The notes under the pieces: model-generated
The model's input: the letters and a program-made list of their open reading frames with translations, nothing else
What the model was told of the DNA's origin: nothing
The model's database searches: none
Assembly: GCA_964035545.1 (NCBI GenBank)
Contig: OZ037772.1
Coordinates: 10,352,818-10,416,817 of the forward strand
Reading direction: 5' to 3'
DNA: 64,000 nt
Source of the DNA: Bugula neritina
Lineage: Eukaryota; Animalia; Bryozoa
In this document: positions 61,301 through 64,000 of the stretch, in pieces
Position numbering within the stretch: position 1 is the stretch's first letter
Layout: every line of letters starts with the position of its first letter
Translations under genes and position numbers: made by a program

Positions 61301-63237
61301 ACCTGCATGTGTGTCATGTCAGTAGTATGCAATTAGAACAAGCACCTGCGTGTCATGTCAGTAATATACACTTAGTAATATACAATTAGTGATATGCAAT
61401 TAGAACAAACACCTGCTAGGAGCAGAACTATTGAAAAACTAAAAAAGAGTATTTTTTAGTTTAGAAGGTTAGCATAAAATAATTTTTACAAAGAAACTTT
61501 GATTCTGTCCTGAACTAAAATTCATAAAAAGGAGACAACTAATTAAAAACTATATGAGCTTTTAAAAATCTTTATCATTGCAGTAAAACGGCAAATATGA
61601 ATGTGTTATACAGTTTAAAGTAACACCCATCATGTATATAACTATATAAGGGCGTACTGCTTAAAATATCTTTTTATTTCTTTTCATTTTTCTTTCTTGC
61701 ATCAAGTAATAATGTGATAGATTCTCATCCTCTACTGTTCTCAAGTAACTGCGTGAGTCAGTATTATAATCACTGTTTCGTATATTTTGAATGCTGTAAT
61801 TGTAGCTAAGTTGGGCTAGCTTTCTAATGCCCTATTATTGTGATTGTTGTTAAAGCTTTCAGTATAATGTAATTTTCATGAAATACGCATTTCCAGAGTT
61901 ATTTTCCCTTTTTGCTATTTTATCGTTTTGCATTAATACTGATACTGGAAATTTGTGTAGCTTTTATGAATGCCTTCAATAGGTTGTTATTATAGCTAAA
62001 TTCTTGGCCTATTGAATGATTCATTCTCCTTTGTCTATTTTTCTTTTGTTACTGTCAAGCTTAACTTTCTTTTGTCTGTTGGAACATTCTAGATGTGAAT
62101 TCTTGTGTATAAAAGCAGGCGAGTTTCCAGTGTAGAGTCAGACTACTACTGGAGCTCGCTGGTAGTAGGACCACATAAGCTGTATTTGATACAATAAAGG
62201 TTATCCTCATTTGTACTCAAATACTTGGCTTATTCTTTCTAGAGCATGTAGGCACTAGTTGCATTCAGAACCCACAGTTTACTACAATAAGCGTTTACCC
62301 AGTATAATTGAAATATAATATACTTTACGAATGTGATGCAGTGACTCACTTTGGAAACGTGACTCGGGTATGACTTAGGAATGTTCTAGAAAAAAAATGC
62401 AAGACTGTTTATTAAAACAATAAATGAAAAAAAATGGAAAAATAAATATAGACTGAGAGTAGTTTATATATACTCACGGCTGTGGTGCGGGCTCACACAG
62501 GCACATTGGGCACCCCGTCCCGGAACATGTTTCACACAGAAGTCCTGGAGCTGGTGGCTGTGGTGGGCACACACAAGCTCCATGGCAGTCGTTTGCAGCA
62601 CATGTTGAGCAGAAATCTAAAATATACAGCCTGGGAATGAGTTGCTGCGGTGACAATTGCTAATAAAATAACATGAAATCAAATTATGGCTACGGTAAAT
62701 ATTACCAACAGCTATAGGCTAATAACTCTTAGCTAGTTTTAAAAAGCTGTTAAAATATGGAGATCAAACTATAAATGTGGTTCAAACAGTCACTATACAC
62801 AAGATATAGCACACCTTTCTCAATGTTGTGAGTGTAACAGTGTTGTATATATAATATTATATACTAAAGATGCTTTTAAAGTAAACTTAAAAATTTTAAC
62901 AAACTGCACTGAATAGTATTTAGCAAAAAATTTGCCTAAAGTTTACAGCTTGAGAAAAAAATCAATAATTTCACATCCTTAATAGTTATATGGACTGGTG
63001 AAAAAGGATCATTCTTCTCAAGAACTGCGTAAATATTTCAATTTGTAAAGCAGTAAATTATACTGATTACAAATATTGATAGTTTTAGGTGTAAACTTCA
63101 TTAACAACTTTGTATGTTGTTTTTCATGTGATAGAATAGACAACTCCCTGCTCATTGAGTAAGGAATCCCAGCTATAATATGATGGTTACTTACGAGCAC
63201 TGAATCCACAAGCCAACTTGTCGTACTTGAACGCCAT
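55359..63237 (-). CDS. Uncharacterised ~413-aa Cys/Pro-rich protein with acidic and basic (NLS-like) tracts and a C-terminal CaaX box (CIIM)
   Basis: Exons 63195-63237, 62478-62616, 62350-62385, 61065-61224, 60263-60699, 59745-59963, 55762-55892, 55359-55435 all splice in frame (MAFKYDKLACG...CSSGECESACIIM*). Many CxC/CxxC/CC clusters; basic tract KGKAVRRRKG..KKGNKSKGK. Likely 5'UTR exon ends at the donor at 63600. Confidence 0.78.
58024..58107 (+). pseudogene. tRNA-like pseudogene or SINE head followed by a T-run
   Basis: GCGTGGTCCAGAGGTTAAAGGCG (A-box/D-arm), CAGC-GAGAA-GCTG arm with only a 5-nt loop, GGTTTAATCC degenerate B-box. Confidence 0.4.
59065..59280 (+). mobile_element. SINE family A copy (left arm of inverted pair)
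   Basis: Family head, GGCCATTGGTGATGTTAGGAAGAGCATCCAGTCATAATTGCTC core, tail ACTTTCGTGAGTTTTT. Confidence 0.85.
59353..59572 (-). mobile_element. SINE family A copy (right arm of inverted pair; most intact head)
   Basis: Minus strand reads GGGAGCAGCCGTGGTCTAGGGGTTAGAGCGTTTGCCTAGTAAACACGAAGGTCATAGGTTCGAGCCC, then core and tail. Confidence 0.88.
61222..61416. repeat. ~39-bp tandem repeat that multiplies a 3' splice site
   Basis: Unit CACCTGCGTGTCATGTCAGTAGTATACAATTAGAACAAG, about 4 copies, abutting exon 61065-61224. Confidence 0.85.
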
Positions 63238-64000
63238 GCTCTCTCATGCAAGTTGTTTTATTTCAACTTATTTTGCTTTTCTAGATTAATTAAATATTAA
63301 ATTAAAATTATTTCTATTGCATAATGAATTATATATATAAGTACATGAAACTAGATAGATAAATATTTTATGAAGATTTTAGTTCTCATCTTAAAAAGCA
63401 AGCAACACAGCCAGTATTTTGGATAAAAAAACATGTTTTTTTATTTTATTATAAAAAATTAAAAGCTTTACAATAAAAATTAAACCTAATTTCATAATTG
63501 CTTCTGTTTTAAATTCATTGTGTATATAAGCATTTTATTATATTTCATATCATAAAACTTTATATCAATTTGAGCAATTCTTTTAGTAGTAAAATCTTAC
63601 TTGTTGATCATGAAAATGTTAGGAATCTAGACTATAGCCAGACCAGCTGCTTTCTTTAATTGTTATTACTTTGATTATTATTTGTATTTTATTGTTATTA
63701 GTAACCATTGTTGGTACTGGCTGTATTAAAATAGCAAAAATTCCTGACATAATTTCAAAAACGAATGAAAGATAAACAATTCATTTGAAAAATTTGCAAT
63801 AAATTTCTGAAAAGTTAACTGTGCATTTGTGGGTGCGTGCGTGTACATGTATATATTTTATTTCTTTACTTTGCATAATCAATAGTTTCAAATTAAATTT
63901 TACACTTTAGTTTCCTCTAAATTTAATAACTTGAGGCTTGCAATCAATTTTCTAATATATATTATAACCATCAAATGGACCCACAGATTGCTTGTATGTT

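Overview
AT-rich, intron-rich animal (invertebrate-type) genomic DNA with no prokaryotic features. Manual GT-AG splicing gives seven protein-coding genes, all on the minus strand, and every junction listed keeps the reading frame. They are: (1) a TRIM (RING-Bbox1-Bbox2-coiled coil) gene running off the left edge; (2) a ~532-aa synaptotagmin-like gene (TM + C2A + C2B) with degenerate Ca2+ ligands; (3) a ~623-aa TRIM paralogue with a C-terminal beta-propeller and a Cys->Ser RING; (4,5) two tandem secreted PAN/apple + F-type (fucolectin) lectins, near-identical except in the ligand-binding loops; (6) a ~413-aa Cys-rich orphan ending in a CaaX box (CIIM); (7) a ~181-aa orphan with a C-terminal TM, possibly spliced onto the same transcript as gene 6. 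Non-coding DNA holds two tRNA-derived SINE families (including an inverted pair), MITE-like elements, a possible solo LTR, a 430-bp duplication, minisatellites and long (TA)n tracts. The best leads are the lectin loop hypervariability, an ISRE plus kB-like site at the TRIM 5' end, a possible myristoylated TM-less synaptotagmin isoform and the putative dicistronic gene 6/7 unit. All gene models are by-eye reconstructions without transcript or database support.
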